A stretch of 64,000 bases of DNA from a bacterium (GTDB taxonomy: Bacteria > Zhuqueibacterota > Zhuqueibacteria > Residuimicrobiales > Krinioviventaceae): the NCBI GenBank assembly GCA_963675755.2, contig CAXXMD010000003.1:2720001-2784000 (forward strand), in the 5' to 3' direction. The notes beneath the pieces were generated by a model. The model saw only the letters and a program-made list of their open reading frames with translations. It was not told where the DNA came from and made no database searches. The translations under genes and the position numbers were made by a program. Positions 40,632 through 50,696 of the stretch are shown piece by piece. Positions within the stretch are counted from its first letter, which is position 1. Every line of letters starts with the position of its first letter.

Positions 40632-41996
40632 TTATTTTAAATGTTGAATCTCGTATAATCCTGAGGCATGGGGTGCTAATTGCTGTGAAAAACTGTCTTT
40701 ATACTCTCCAACATTCTTTTCATTCCACAGATTGGTGATATTTACTTTGTCTTTATATCCCAAGTCTGCAAGATTGACAGCTATATCCATTGATAACGAG
40801 TCCGAAATATTGAATAATGCCAGATATGTGGATTGGGTGTTTTCATTTTGGGAGGTGATTGCAACTTTATCATCTGACGCAAATAGTTGACGGACATTAG
40901 AACTCTCTGCATGCATTTTCAGGACGTTTTTGTTGGTCATGAGTGAGTTGGTAAACTCGTCGTTGCTGGGTAAATCACCGCCAAACATAAGGGGAGAGCG
41001 GAATATTGTAAACAGGGTCATGAGTGTATACTGTTCCTCTGGTGTGAGATCTGTCATGCGATCATCACCTCTTTCTCCCCGAATGGATAATCTGCCAAGT
41101 GGGATCATGTCACAATCGGGCCAGGTACCGGGTTTGATATATTCGAACCAATCCGGAATGACCTCAAATAGATGATTAATATGCCACCAGCTGTCCCAAA
41201 CATCATTCACCATTCTCCACATGTTTGCATGCTCGCTGACATGCGCCGCGGCTTCAACCGGAGTAGGTCCGGGTGAGGTGCTGAGCACGATCTCGCGACC
41301 GCAATTGTCAATGGCATTACGGATCAGTTCAATTTCATCTTTATGATAGATAGGAGCAGAGAGGTCATCGATTTTTATAAAATCCACACCCCATTCAGCA
41401 TACAATTCAAATATGGAATTGTAATATTCCTGCGCGCCCGGTTTGTTTGCAGCAATTGTATAATTGTCTCTCAACCATTTACACTGATTTTCGGGTGAAT
41501 AAATCTGGTCAGCGGTGATGCCATTAGTCCCTTTGATGGGCAGTTTGTTTTCAACAGCAAGTTTGGGTATACCTCTCATAATATGAATACCGAATTTTAG
41601 ACCTTTTTGGTGAATATAATCAGCCAGATCTTTAAATCCGTTACCGTTTGCAGCAGAAGGGAAGCGGTTAACAGCAGGCAGATAACGTCCGTATTCATCC
41701 AGAACATAGCGGGGATCTGTTTGATTATATCCATGGGATTTGGTATTCTCGACAAACCAGCGGATGTCAACGACGATGTATTCCCAACCATAGTCTTTTA
41801 AATGCTCTGCCATATAATCGGCATTGGATTTAATCTCGTTTTCATGTACGGTTGGTCCATAACAGTCCCAACTGTTCCATCCCATTGGCGGTGTTTGAGC
41901 CCAGGCTTTAAAATTGTCAGTTTCAACAGGCTTTTGTGAACATACTGCAAGCATGCTGATTGAAATGATAAATAATAAAGTCTTGATTGATTTCAT
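40632..41996 (-). CDS. Glycoside hydrolase family 27 (alpha-galactosidase-like) lipoprotein
   Basis: TPPMGWNSWD, YIVVDIRW, GLKFGIH, GVDFIKIDD, WPDCDM; LAVC lipobox. Confidence 0.93.
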   Translation of the reverse strand: MKSIKTLLFIISISMLAVCSQKPVETDNFKAWAQTPPMGWNSWDCYGPTVHENEIKSNADYMAEHLKDYGWEYIVVDIRWFVENTKSHGYNQTDPRYVLDEYGRYLPAVNRFPSAANGNGFKDLADYIHQKGLKFGIHIMRGIPKLAVENKLPIKGTNGITADQIYSPENQCKWLRDNYTIAANKPGAQEYYNSIFELYAEWGVDFIKIDDLSAPIYHKDEIELIRNAIDNCGREIVLSTSPGPTPVEAAAHVSEHANMWRMVNDVWDSWWHINHLFEVIPDWFEYIKPGTWPDCDMIPLGRLSIRGERGDDRMTDLTPEEQYTLMTLFTIFRSPLMFGGDLPSNDEFTNSLMTNKNVLKMHAESSNVRQLFASDDKVAITSQNENTQSTYLALFNISDSLSMDIAVNLADLGYKDKVNITNLWNEKNVGEYKDSFSQQLAPHASGLYEIQHLK

Positions 41997-42064
41997 TATA
42001 ACCTCTACTTCTTTATAAAGAAATTTATATTACAATCTGCCAATAAAAATGAATGACCGTTATT

Positions 42065-43261
42065 TTATTCGATAATGTCTTTATCTACTATCTGTCCCGG
42101 ACGTGTCTGCATGTTTGGCCAAAGCTTACGGCCCGGAAGCAGGCTGGTATTGATACCGGTCATGCAACCGTCTGATAGAATCGCTCCCAATTTATCTCTT
42201 CCGCTGGGTACAAGATTATCTTTGATTGCGGATTGGATTTCTTTTTTATCGTGACGAACATTAGCTGTAATGGTACCGGCACCAATGTTACAATCCTGGC
42301 CTACAACCGAATCACCAATATAGCTCAAATGACATACCAGGCTGTTTTCCATAATGACCGAGTTTTTGATCTCTACGGCATTGCCAATGCGGCAGTTGTT
42401 ACCCACAGAAGTAAATGAGCGGATGTAACAATTGGGGCCGATATCACAATTATTACCAATAATTACCGGTCCTTCTATATAAGCGCCAGAACGTACCAGG
42501 GTATTTTCTCCAATGGTAACTGCTCCTTTGATAACAGCGCCGTCTTCCACAGTGCCTTTAATGTTTTGATCTTTCATATCCGGCATGAAAAATTCCTGAT
42601 GACGCAGCAGGTCCCAGGCATAACCGGTAGGCAGCCAGAATCCCTCAATTGGCAGTGCATAGAAATCCTGTTTTTGGGCAACAGCTTGTATTGCAGAGGT
42701 GATCTCGATCTCGCCGCGCTCGCTCAGGGGTGTTTGTTCAAGCTCCTGCATGAATTCTTCCTGCAGTACATAACAACCAATATTTACCAGATCGCCAATA
42801 TATTCTTGAGGTTTCTCAACCAGGTTGAGCACCTTGTTGTTTTCATCAACTTTGTATACACCGTACAAGTGTGGATTTTCAGCATGTTTAACCAGTGCGC
42901 CGTAATCCATTTGAACCAGTTTTTCAAGATCCTGACGGGCAAAGAGATCGTCGCCGTTCATGGCAACGAATTTACCTTTAATGTGAGGTTTTGCCTGCAA
43001 TACGGCATGCCCTGTGCCCAGTTGTTCCTTTTGTTCCTGATAAATGATATGCATGCCCTTGTACTCGCTGCCAAAGGCTTCTTCAATCATCTCTTTTTTA
43101 TAACCGGTTATAAGAATAACCTCGTCGAAAATACCGGTCAACTGGTCCAGGCTGTGTTCCAGCAATGGACGGTTCATAATAGGGAGTAGGGGTTTGGGGC
43201 GGGTCAAGGTGAGTGGATACGTTCTTGTGCTTTTTCCTGCAACCATCAGTACTGCTTGCAT
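42065..43261 (-). CDS. glmU: Bifunctional sugar-1-phosphate nucleotidylyltransferase/acetyltransferase (archaeal-type GlmU)
   Basis: AGKSTRTYPLT..RPKPLLP, LGTGHA, ERGEIEIT; hexapeptide tail with EIKNS, HLSYIGDS, GAGTITAN, KLGA. Confidence 0.8.
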   Translation of the reverse strand: MQAVLMVAGKSTRTYPLTLTRPKPLLPIMNRPLLEHSLDQLTGIFDEVILITGYKKEMIEEAFGSEYKGMHIIYQEQKEQLGTGHAVLQAKPHIKGKFVAMNGDDLFARQDLEKLVQMDYGALVKHAENPHLYGVYKVDENNKVLNLVEKPQEYIGDLVNIGCYVLQEEFMQELEQTPLSERGEIEITSAIQAVAQKQDFYALPIEGFWLPTGYAWDLLRHQEFFMPDMKDQNIKGTVEDGAVIKGAVTIGENTLVRSGAYIEGPVIIGNNCDIGPNCYIRSFTSVGNNCRIGNAVEIKNSVIMENSLVCHLSYIGDSVVGQDCNIGAGTITANVRHDKKEIQSAIKDNLVPSGRDKLGAILSDGCMTGINTSLLPGRKLWPNMQTRPGQIVDKDIIE

Positions 43262-43501
43262 ATCTATATCTCCAATTTGATTTTTTTGAACTATTATGAA
43301 TAGAATACAGCAATATAGGGCAATCTGGTGAAAAATTCAACCGGATTTGCATTGTTATGGGGATTCTCATATTTTTTGATATATTTGTATGTATAACGCC
43401 AAAATGTTTTTACTTGAATTTAAACGCTTTTGTTTTTATTATAGAATGCTGAAAATGAACAATTATTAATCAATCCAGATAAATTCGGAAGGATATTGGA
43501 A

Positions 43502-44302
43502 ATGAAAAACGAAATGAGTAGAAGGGCCTTTGTTGGTACTACCGCAGCAGCAACCATGGGCGCGGCGTTGAGTGCTAAATCTTTATGGGCAAAAAACGAG
43601 ACTCCCAAGCGCAAAGCCTTGCTGGTATGGGGGGGATGGAAAGGACACGAACCAGAACAGTGTAAAGATATTTTTGCTCCCTTTATGCGTGAACAGGGCT
43701 GGGACGTTGTTGTTTCTGACACTCTGGATTCTTATACCGATAAAGCGCTGATGGATTCTTTGGACCTGGTTGTGCAGGTATGGACTTCCGGCGAGATCAC
43801 CAAAGAGCAGTCCCAGGGTTTGATTACCGCGGTTAAAGGCGGTGTAGGCATGGCTGGCTGGCATGGCGGTATGTGTGATTCGTTTCGTTCCAATACCGAA
43901 TATCAGTTCATGACCGGTGGTCAGTGGGTAGCTCACCCCGGTGGTGTGATTGACTATCATGTAAATATCACAGACCATGATGATCCGGTTACTGCCGGAC
44001 TGAGAGATTTTGATATGCATTCCGAACAATATTATATGCATGTGGATCCCACCATGAAGGTAATGGCAACAACCACGTTTACCGGTGACAATTCTCCCTG
44101 GATTGATGGCGCTGTTATGCCGGTGGTATGGAAAAAATATTACGGTCAGGGACGTATTTTTTATTGTTCACTGGGACACGTAGCCAAAGATTTTGAGGTA
44201 CCGGAAGCATTGACCATTGTACAACGCGGAATTTTATGGGCTGCCGAGAGCAAATACGGTCCCAAAGAGACATGGTTAGATTCTGTTTATCCGAAAAAAT
44301 AA
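43502..44302 (+). CDS. ThuA-like (class I glutamine amidotransferase-like fold) protein with Tat signal
   Basis: SRRAFV Tat motif; [40 protein letters not shown]. Confidence 0.88.
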   Translation: MKNEMSRRAFVGTTAAATMGAALSAKSLWAKNETPKRKALLVWGGWKGHEPEQCKDIFAPFMREQGWDVVVSDTLDSYTDKALMDSLDLVVQVWTSGEITKEQSQGLITAVKGGVGMAGWHGGMCDSFRSNTEYQFMTGGQWVAHPGGVIDYHVNITDHDDPVTAGLRDFDMHSEQYYMHVDPTMKVMATTTFTGDNSPWIDGAVMPVVWKKYYGQGRIFYCSLGHVAKDFEVPEALTIVQRGILWAAESKYGPKETWLDSVYPKK

Positions 44303-44316
44303 GAATTATAAATATT

Positions 44317-44353
44317 TATCCCCATTCCAGGAATTTGTTCGGGAGTGGGGATA
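44317..44353 (+). terminator. Stem-loop after the ThuA-like gene
   Basis: TATCCCCATTCC...GGGAGTGGGGATA. Confidence 0.55.
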
Positions 44354-44360
44354 TCAATAT

Positions 44361-44618
44361 ATGGATTTAGCATGTATGAGTGATAAAGATCAAATCTTAA
44401 AATGGACAACTACCTGGCAAAAAGCGAGTGATGCATTGAATGCTGTCAAGGTTGAAACCCTGCGCGATAAAAATTATTACAATAAAAATAAAGCTGTGCT
44501 TAACGATATGCTACAATATGCTTTTGATCATCGTGTGGAGCGTAAGGATAGTGGTTTGGTCGAGATGCAAAGCTATTTTATGAAAATCCATCAACAGATT
44601 TTGGATAAAACTGAATGA
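44361..44618 (+). CDS. Small hypothetical protein, putative antitoxin partner of the downstream nucleotidyltransferase
   Basis: 85-aa helical ORF with ATGA overlap into the next gene. Confidence 0.6.
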   Translation: MDLACMSDKDQILKWTTTWQKASDALNAVKVETLRDKNYYNKNKAVLNDMLQYAFDHRVERKDSGLVEMQSYFMKIHQQILDKTE

Positions 44619-45190
44619 GTATTGTGGGGAAAATTAATCCTCTATTTAATGCTGCGTTAGAATTTCAAGAGTTTTTTGAAAGACAGAGATGGGGTTTTTG
44701 TTTTATCGGTGGATTGGCAGTGCTGCGATGGGGAGAACTGCGAATGACCCAGGATGTGGATTTGTGCTTGCATTGTGGATTTGGTATGGAAAAGACATAT
44801 ATAGAGCCACTTTTGAATAGTTTTAGCGCAAGAATTACTGATGCACATGAGTTTGCAATGCAGAATAGAGTTCTCTTGTTATATGCGTCAAATGGTGTTT
44901 CAATGGATATCACACTATCAGGATTACCATTTGAAGAAATGATGATAAAACGGGCAACTTATTATGAATTTGATACTGCTTTGTCTCTTTTTACCTGCTC
45001 TGCTGAAGATTTAATTGTTTTAAAAGCATTTGCAGACCGTTCAAAAGACTGGATGGATATAGAATCTATTTTACTACGTCAATCCTATCTTGATCAAGAT
45101 TATATCTTTACAAAACTTGAGCCTCTTGTAGCCGCAAAAGAATCTATTGAAATTATTCCCCGCTTACAAACACTGATTTCAAAATCATAA
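44615..45190 (+). CDS. Pol-beta-superfamily nucleotidyltransferase (AbiEii/DUF6036-like)
   Basis: FIGGLAV...R.TQDVD (GG...DxD), SAEDLIVLKAFA.R.KD..D. Confidence 0.8.
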   Translation: MSIVGKINPLFNAALEFQEFFERQRWGFCFIGGLAVLRWGELRMTQDVDLCLHCGFGMEKTYIEPLLNSFSARITDAHEFAMQNRVLLLYASNGVSMDITLSGLPFEEMMIKRATYYEFDTALSLFTCSAEDLIVLKAFADRSKDWMDIESILLRQSYLDQDYIFTKLEPLVAAKESIEIIPRLQTLISKS

Positions 45191-45195
45191 CAACA

Positions 45196-47400
45196 TTATT
45201 CCACAAATGCCATCTTTATGGTTTGGGTATAATTCCCGGATTGCATTCTGGCGAAATAGATACCGCTTGATACCGGTTCACCGAAATCATTGGTGCCGTT
45301 CCATTTGACCGAGTTTTGCAGAGCTGTTTGATACCTATCCACGAGTGTTGACACCTTTTGCCCAAGCATATTATAAATAGTGATATTGACTTGTCCTGGA
45401 TATTGCAAAGTATAGCTCAGGGTTGTAGTACCGTTAAAGGGGTTGGGAAAGTTGTTGAGCAAATGGTAACCCGATATTGCGACTGTCTCGGTTTCATCTA
45501 TGCCAGTTGGGAACTGTCCCAGTTTGATCAATCCATAATCGTCAGTGCTAATCCATTTGTTGTTATGCTGGTCAATTTGAATGTAATTGATTTCATCGAG
45601 AGGGATACCAATATCAGTAGAGTCGATACGTGTCCAGGTCTCATTTGCATATTTATAAAGTGCTTCAGCGGTGCTTTGCCAGATTGCTCCCGTACTATCC
45701 AGGGCAAATGCGTTACGAATGATTCCATTTTGGTTTGCTTCATTTTCAATATTTTTCCATTCTATACCATCAAAGCACGAAATACCTTTTGTTGTTTTTA
45801 CCCATATATTGTTGTTATTGTCAGACAGTATCGCTCCAATTTGACTTGTATTCAATTCGCTATTTTCATTGTTGTAGCTAGTCCATTGATCATTAGAATA
45901 TTTTAGAATACCATGTTCATAAGTTGAAAACCAGATGTTGCCAAGCTTATCAACATAAATACTATTTATGTATGGATTTTTTTCAATATTTGGAGGATAA
46001 ATATATTGCCAAATCGAGCCGTTAAATTTAACAAGCCAACCATCTTGTACAAACCAGAGATTGTTTTCTTTGTCAAAAGTAAGTTCGCGAATAGAATAAC
46101 TTTTGTTAATGATTGGATCTGTATCTTTATTATAAATTGTCCATACATTGCCATCATATTTTGAAATTACACCAGGTTCTACATATTTTATCTCCTCACT
46201 CATGGTGCTGAACCAAACATTGTTATAATTGTCAAGTGTTATTGATTGGACCCAATTGGTGCCTAATCCACTGTTGTTTTTGTTATAATTATACCAGTGA
46301 TTATTATTCAAGTATGAAGCTCCGGGATATCCACCAAACCATATCCCGTTGTTTTTGTCTAATAATATTTTATAAACATCATGTTGTGATATAGTTTGTA
46401 ACGGGTATTCTATCCAATTGTTATTTTCAACTTTGACTAGTCCTTGTTCTGTTCCTATCCAGATATTGTTGTGTTTGTCTTTTTTTATTGTATTAATTGC
46501 CAGAGTAGGCAGAATACTGTTTTCTGTGTCAAAAGATTCCCAGATGTCACCATTTTTGATTAATGTTATCCCTTCATCTCTATCAATATGTCCGGTAGTC
46601 AACCATACATTATAATCGTCATCTATACAAATTTCTTTTACCCACGAACGTGGCAGGTTACTGTTTTGAAAAGAGTATTCATTGATAGAGCCATCCGGTT
46701 TAATGATTTTAATGCCATAAGGCCAGTCATCACCAATACCACACCAGATATTTCCATAAATGTCTATCTCAATATCCTGGACCGCTTCAATTTCATTAAA
46801 ATGAGTCCAGGAATTACCTGAAAAATTGGATACTCCATTGACTGTGCTCATCCAGATATTGTCATATTGATCAATTTCTAATAATTTTACAAAATTTGAT
46901 AATATTTCACTATTATCTGTATTGTATATGGTCCAGTTTCCGTTTATTATTTGTACCAGCCCATTATCTGTTCCAATATACAAATGTCCTTTTGCATTCA
47001 CTTTTAGCGCATTGATGGTATTGGAGGGTAAATCAGAATTATCAGTCGTATATTGGGTCCAATGTGAATCGTCAAAGGAGAATAATGCGCTTATTATTTG
47101 TCTGTCTTTAATTTTATATAAAGAGAACCATTTTGTTCCTGAACTGTCAATTGCCATTGCTTTCACGTTTAAATAGGTGAGTCTGTCATTATAATCAAAA
47201 TGTTCCAGGGTATTTGTTCTAGTATTTATTCTGACGATTCCTGCATCATTCGTATATCCTGTAGCCCCTATCCAGATATAATCCCCTTCAAAATCAATAC
47301 AGTTGACATTTTGCTTGCTTGTAAAGTATTCCCAGCTTTCCTGTGCATATGCTGCAAGACTTAAAAAAAGTATAAAAACGATAAAAGAAAAGTGTTTCAT
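45196..47400 (-). CDS. Secreted two-component-regulator-type beta-propeller protein with FlgD-Ig/T9SS-like CTD (array member G9)
   Basis: Signal peptide; repeated NS.LP.N.I..L.D..GNIWIGT..G blades; FPNPFN...KMAFVE. Confidence 0.88.
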   Translation of the reverse strand: MKHFSFIVFILFLSLAAYAQESWEYFTSKQNVNCIDFEGDYIWIGATGYTNDAGIVRINTRTNTLEHFDYNDRLTYLNVKAMAIDSSGTKWFSLYKIKDRQIISALFSFDDSHWTQYTTDNSDLPSNTINALKVNAKGHLYIGTDNGLVQIINGNWTIYNTDNSEILSNFVKLLEIDQYDNIWMSTVNGVSNFSGNSWTHFNEIEAVQDIEIDIYGNIWCGIGDDWPYGIKIIKPDGSINEYSFQNSNLPRSWVKEICIDDDYNVWLTTGHIDRDEGITLIKNGDIWESFDTENSILPTLAINTIKKDKHNNIWIGTEQGLVKVENNNWIEYPLQTISQHDVYKILLDKNNGIWFGGYPGASYLNNNHWYNYNKNNSGLGTNWVQSITLDNYNNVWFSTMSEEIKYVEPGVISKYDGNVWTIYNKDTDPIINKSYSIRELTFDKENNLWFVQDGWLVKFNGSIWQYIYPPNIEKNPYINSIYVDKLGNIWFSTYEHGILKYSNDQWTSYNNENSELNTSQIGAILSDNNNNIWVKTTKGISCFDGIEWKNIENEANQNGIIRNAFALDSTGAIWQSTAEALYKYANETWTRIDSTDIGIPLDEINYIQIDQHNNKWISTDDYGLIKLGQFPTGIDETETVAISGYHLLNNFPNPFNGTTTLSYTLQYPGQVNITIYNMLGQKVSTLVDRYQTALQNSVKWNGTNDFGEPVSSGIYFARMQSGNYTQTIKMAFVE

Positions 47401-47413
47401 TTATAACCCCTGT

Positions 47414-48472
47414 TTATTCTACAAACGCCATTTTTATTGTTTTGGTATAATCCCCGCTCCGCATTCTGGCGAAATAGATGCCGCTGGAGACCGATTCACC
47501 GAAATCATTGGTACCGTTCCATTTGACCGTGTATTGCAGACCTGTTTGATACCCATCCACAAGCGTTGCCACCTTTTGCCCCAGCATATTATATATCGTA
47601 ATATTGACATACCCTGTATTTTGCAGGGTATAGCTCAGGGTTGTAATGCCGTTAAAGGGGTTGGGATAATTATAAAAGAGTTGGTAAATTGACGGGATAG
47701 ATACATCACTGGAATCTGAATCTTCATTTTTTGTCGTATCTGGTTCCAGTATTGTTGTTTCAAAATATTTAAAATAGTCGGTAGTATCACCATAAATTGT
47801 GTTGTTAATCTTTGCCCCTGTTAATGTATACCTCAAGCCGGATTCACTAGTTGTAATATATAAACAAGCCATGCCAAATTTTTCTATCCACAACACATTA
47901 GCGATTCTTGCTGGCCCTGAATTGCTATGGTATTGAATATAATTTTCAAAATTTGTTTTAAATGTGAGTTTCCTTCCGGGATTGGTATTTAATGTTTCAG
48001 CAAAAGGGTAATCACCTTTTGGTATAATATAGAATGAACCCTCTGTTGGAATAAAAAAAAGATCATCTATATATAGTGGTTTACCGTATGTATATGTGAG
48101 GTCAACAATAGTATCATTTAATGTGTCATTTGAAGAATTTGTGAATATAGATTCAACGATATTCGTGTCAGCATATTCATGCCGGAACGCTGTATATTCA
48201 CGATATAAAAAATCCAATAACGGAGTATTATCCATGCCTCCGCCTTTATATTCATATTCTTTTATTTTATAGTAAACTTTATTATTGATTAAAGTATCGC
48301 CTATGACCTCCTGAGTGCAAAATCCTCTTGTTCGATGACCTCCATGCCTAGCACCACTGATATCATAAAACCATTTATTACCCACCTGAAGTTCTTTGGC
48401 AAGATAGTGCTGGCTGTGAACCGTAAGTATGACTGCAAGACAAAGTAAAGTTGTTAAAATTGTTTTATTCAT
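47414..48472 (-). CDS. Secreted protein of unknown function with the same CTD (array member G8)
   Basis: Signal peptide; LQVGNKWFY...GDTLINNKVY...GAKINNTIYGDT domain; YPNPFN...KMAFVE. Confidence 0.85.
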   Translation of the reverse strand: MNKTILTTLLCLAVILTVHSQHYLAKELQVGNKWFYDISGARHGGHRTRGFCTQEVIGDTLINNKVYYKIKEYEYKGGGMDNTPLLDFLYREYTAFRHEYADTNIVESIFTNSSNDTLNDTIVDLTYTYGKPLYIDDLFFIPTEGSFYIIPKGDYPFAETLNTNPGRKLTFKTNFENYIQYHSNSGPARIANVLWIEKFGMACLYITTSESGLRYTLTGAKINNTIYGDTTDYFKYFETTILEPDTTKNEDSDSSDVSIPSIYQLFYNYPNPFNGITTLSYTLQNTGYVNITIYNMLGQKVATLVDGYQTGLQYTVKWNGTNDFGESVSSGIYFARMRSGDYTKTIKMAFVE

Positions 48473-48485
48473 TTAGTGCCCCTAT

Positions 48486-50684
48486 TTATTCCACAAACGC
48501 CATTTTTATTGTTTTGGTATAATCCCCGGTTTGCATTCTGGCGAAATAGATACCGCTGGAGGCCGGTTCACCGAAATCATTGGTACCGTTCCATTTGACC
48601 GTGTATTGCAGACCTGTTTGATACCCATCCACGAGCGTTGCCACCTTTTGCCCCAGCATGTTGTATATCGTAATATTGACATACCCCGGATTCTGCAGGG
48701 TATAGCTCAGGGTTGTTGCACCGTTAAAGGGGTTGGGAAAGTTGTTGAGCAAATGGTAACCCGATATTGCGACTGTCTCGGTTTCATTGATGCCTGTTGG
48801 TAAATGATCCAGCAGTTTAATGAGACCATTCCGGTATGTACCCAGCCATTTGTTATTTGCCTGGTCTACGCATATTTCCCAAATATCCACCAAGGGTTTA
48901 TTCATATCTGTCTGTTCGATGAATGTTAATTCAGCATTTTCCAGTTTGTATAAACCACTGTCGACACTTGCCCAAACAACTCCCAGGCTGTCTATTGCCA
49001 GTCCGTTATTGTTACCGATACTAATAGTATGATCATTTTGATAATTATAATTTGTCCAGTTTGAACCATCAAAACAGGAGATTGTATGTTTTGTTTTGAC
49101 CCAAATATTATTTTCTTTATCAGAATCTATTGCAAATATGGAATTGTTTGATAAATTGCTGTTTTCTGTATTGTAAAAAGTCCAATTTATATGGTCATAT
49201 TTCAATACCCCCTGACTACCGGTAGCAAACCAGATATTGTTTCTCGAATCGACCACAATATCAATCGTTCGTGGGACCATTTCTACATTTGGAGGGTTCA
49301 TATATTGCCATATCGTTCCATCATATTTTACAATCCCACCATCTTTAATAAACCACAAGTTGTTATTCTTGTCAAACACAAGCTTTTCCATAATATAGCT
49401 GTTATTGATAATCGGGTCGGTGTATTTATTATAAAGTGTCCATTCTGTACCGTTAAATTTGGAAATATAGCCAGGTTGTGTGTACTTGGAATTTTCGTCT
49501 ACGGCGCTGAACCATACATTGTTATCATTATCCAACGTTATTGATTTAACCCAATTAGAGCCGATACCACTGTTTTTTACATGATAATTGTACCAATGAT
49601 TGTTTTTATAATAAGAAACACCAGGATTTCCACCAAACCATATTCCATTGTTCCTGTCTGGTGTTATTGTTAATGTAACGCCGGGTTGTAGAGATTGAAT
49701 AGGATATTGTTCCCAATTGTCATTTTCAACTTTAATCAATCCCTTATCAGTACAGATCCATATTCTGTTTTTTTTATCTTTTTTAATGGATTTGATATAA
49801 TTTGTTAGAATACTGTTGCTTGAATTAAAAGTGGTCCAGTTAGTACCGTTGTTGCTGACCATAATCTCGTTGTATTGATCATATGAACCAGTGATCAACC
49901 AAACCTTATTGTTATCAAAACAAATATCTCTTATCCATCGTTTTGGTATATCGCTATTTTGATAACTAATTTCCCTGATTGAGCCATCGGGTTTGATGAT
50001 TTTCAATCCATAGGGACTGTCATTACCTATTGCACACCATACGTTGTCGAGTTGATCAATTTTAATGTCCATAATCCATGATATAATATTAACCCCGAAA
50101 TTTGTCCAGCTGCTGCCCGAGAATTTTGATAAACCTAAATATGTTCCAATCCACACGTTTTCTTGACTATCAAAAGCAATACAGTTAATACCATCTGCAA
50201 TGATTTCACTATTGGTTGTGTTGAATACCTGCCAATTGTTATCGGCCAATACTGCCAATCCTTTATCTGTACCAATATATAAATGCCCTTTGGAATTAAC
50301 TTTTAATGTATTGATTTTGTTGGAAGGCAAACCCGAGTTTTCTGTTGTGTATTTTTTCCAGTTGTTGTTATCAAATGAAAATAGAGCCCATTCAATTGAA
50401 CTTTTTTTATATAAATTCATTGCAAACCATTTAACACCAGAACTGTCAATTGCCATAGCATTAACATTTGGCATTGTTAATCCTTCATTATAATCAAATT
50501 CTTTATGAGAATTGTCAATTGTATTTTGTTTAACGATTCCTCCGGTAGTACCGATCCAGATATTGTCCTCTTCAAAATCGATACAGTTGACATTTTGTTT
50601 ACTGGTAAAGTATTCCCAGCTTTCTTGTGCAAAGCTTATTTGTATTGCCATGAAAAGGTACAAGATAATGAAAAGATTTCTCAT
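48486..50684 (-). CDS. Secreted beta-propeller protein with CTD (array member G7)
   Basis: Same architecture as G9; leader MRNLFIILYLFMAIQISFA. Confidence 0.88.
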   Translation of the reverse strand: MRNLFIILYLFMAIQISFAQESWEYFTSKQNVNCIDFEEDNIWIGTTGGIVKQNTIDNSHKEFDYNEGLTMPNVNAMAIDSSGVKWFAMNLYKKSSIEWALFSFDNNNWKKYTTENSGLPSNKINTLKVNSKGHLYIGTDKGLAVLADNNWQVFNTTNSEIIADGINCIAFDSQENVWIGTYLGLSKFSGSSWTNFGVNIISWIMDIKIDQLDNVWCAIGNDSPYGLKIIKPDGSIREISYQNSDIPKRWIRDICFDNNKVWLITGSYDQYNEIMVSNNGTNWTTFNSSNSILTNYIKSIKKDKKNRIWICTDKGLIKVENDNWEQYPIQSLQPGVTLTITPDRNNGIWFGGNPGVSYYKNNHWYNYHVKNSGIGSNWVKSITLDNDNNVWFSAVDENSKYTQPGYISKFNGTEWTLYNKYTDPIINNSYIMEKLVFDKNNNLWFIKDGGIVKYDGTIWQYMNPPNVEMVPRTIDIVVDSRNNIWFATGSQGVLKYDHINWTFYNTENSNLSNNSIFAIDSDKENNIWVKTKHTISCFDGSNWTNYNYQNDHTISIGNNNGLAIDSLGVVWASVDSGLYKLENAELTFIEQTDMNKPLVDIWEICVDQANNKWLGTYRNGLIKLLDHLPTGINETETVAISGYHLLNNFPNPFNGATTLSYTLQNPGYVNITIYNMLGQKVATLVDGYQTGLQYTVKWNGTNDFGEPASSGIYFARMQTGDYTKTIKMAFVE

Positions 50685-50696
50685 GATTTCCCCGTT

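Noticed and set aside
42566-43189. 207-aa plus-strand ORF, and similar antisense ORFs such as 21291-21800, 45358-45906, 47303-47692 and 50505-50882
   Set aside because: They lie antisense to well-supported genes and have no motifs; their mutual similarity only mirrors the CTD repeats.
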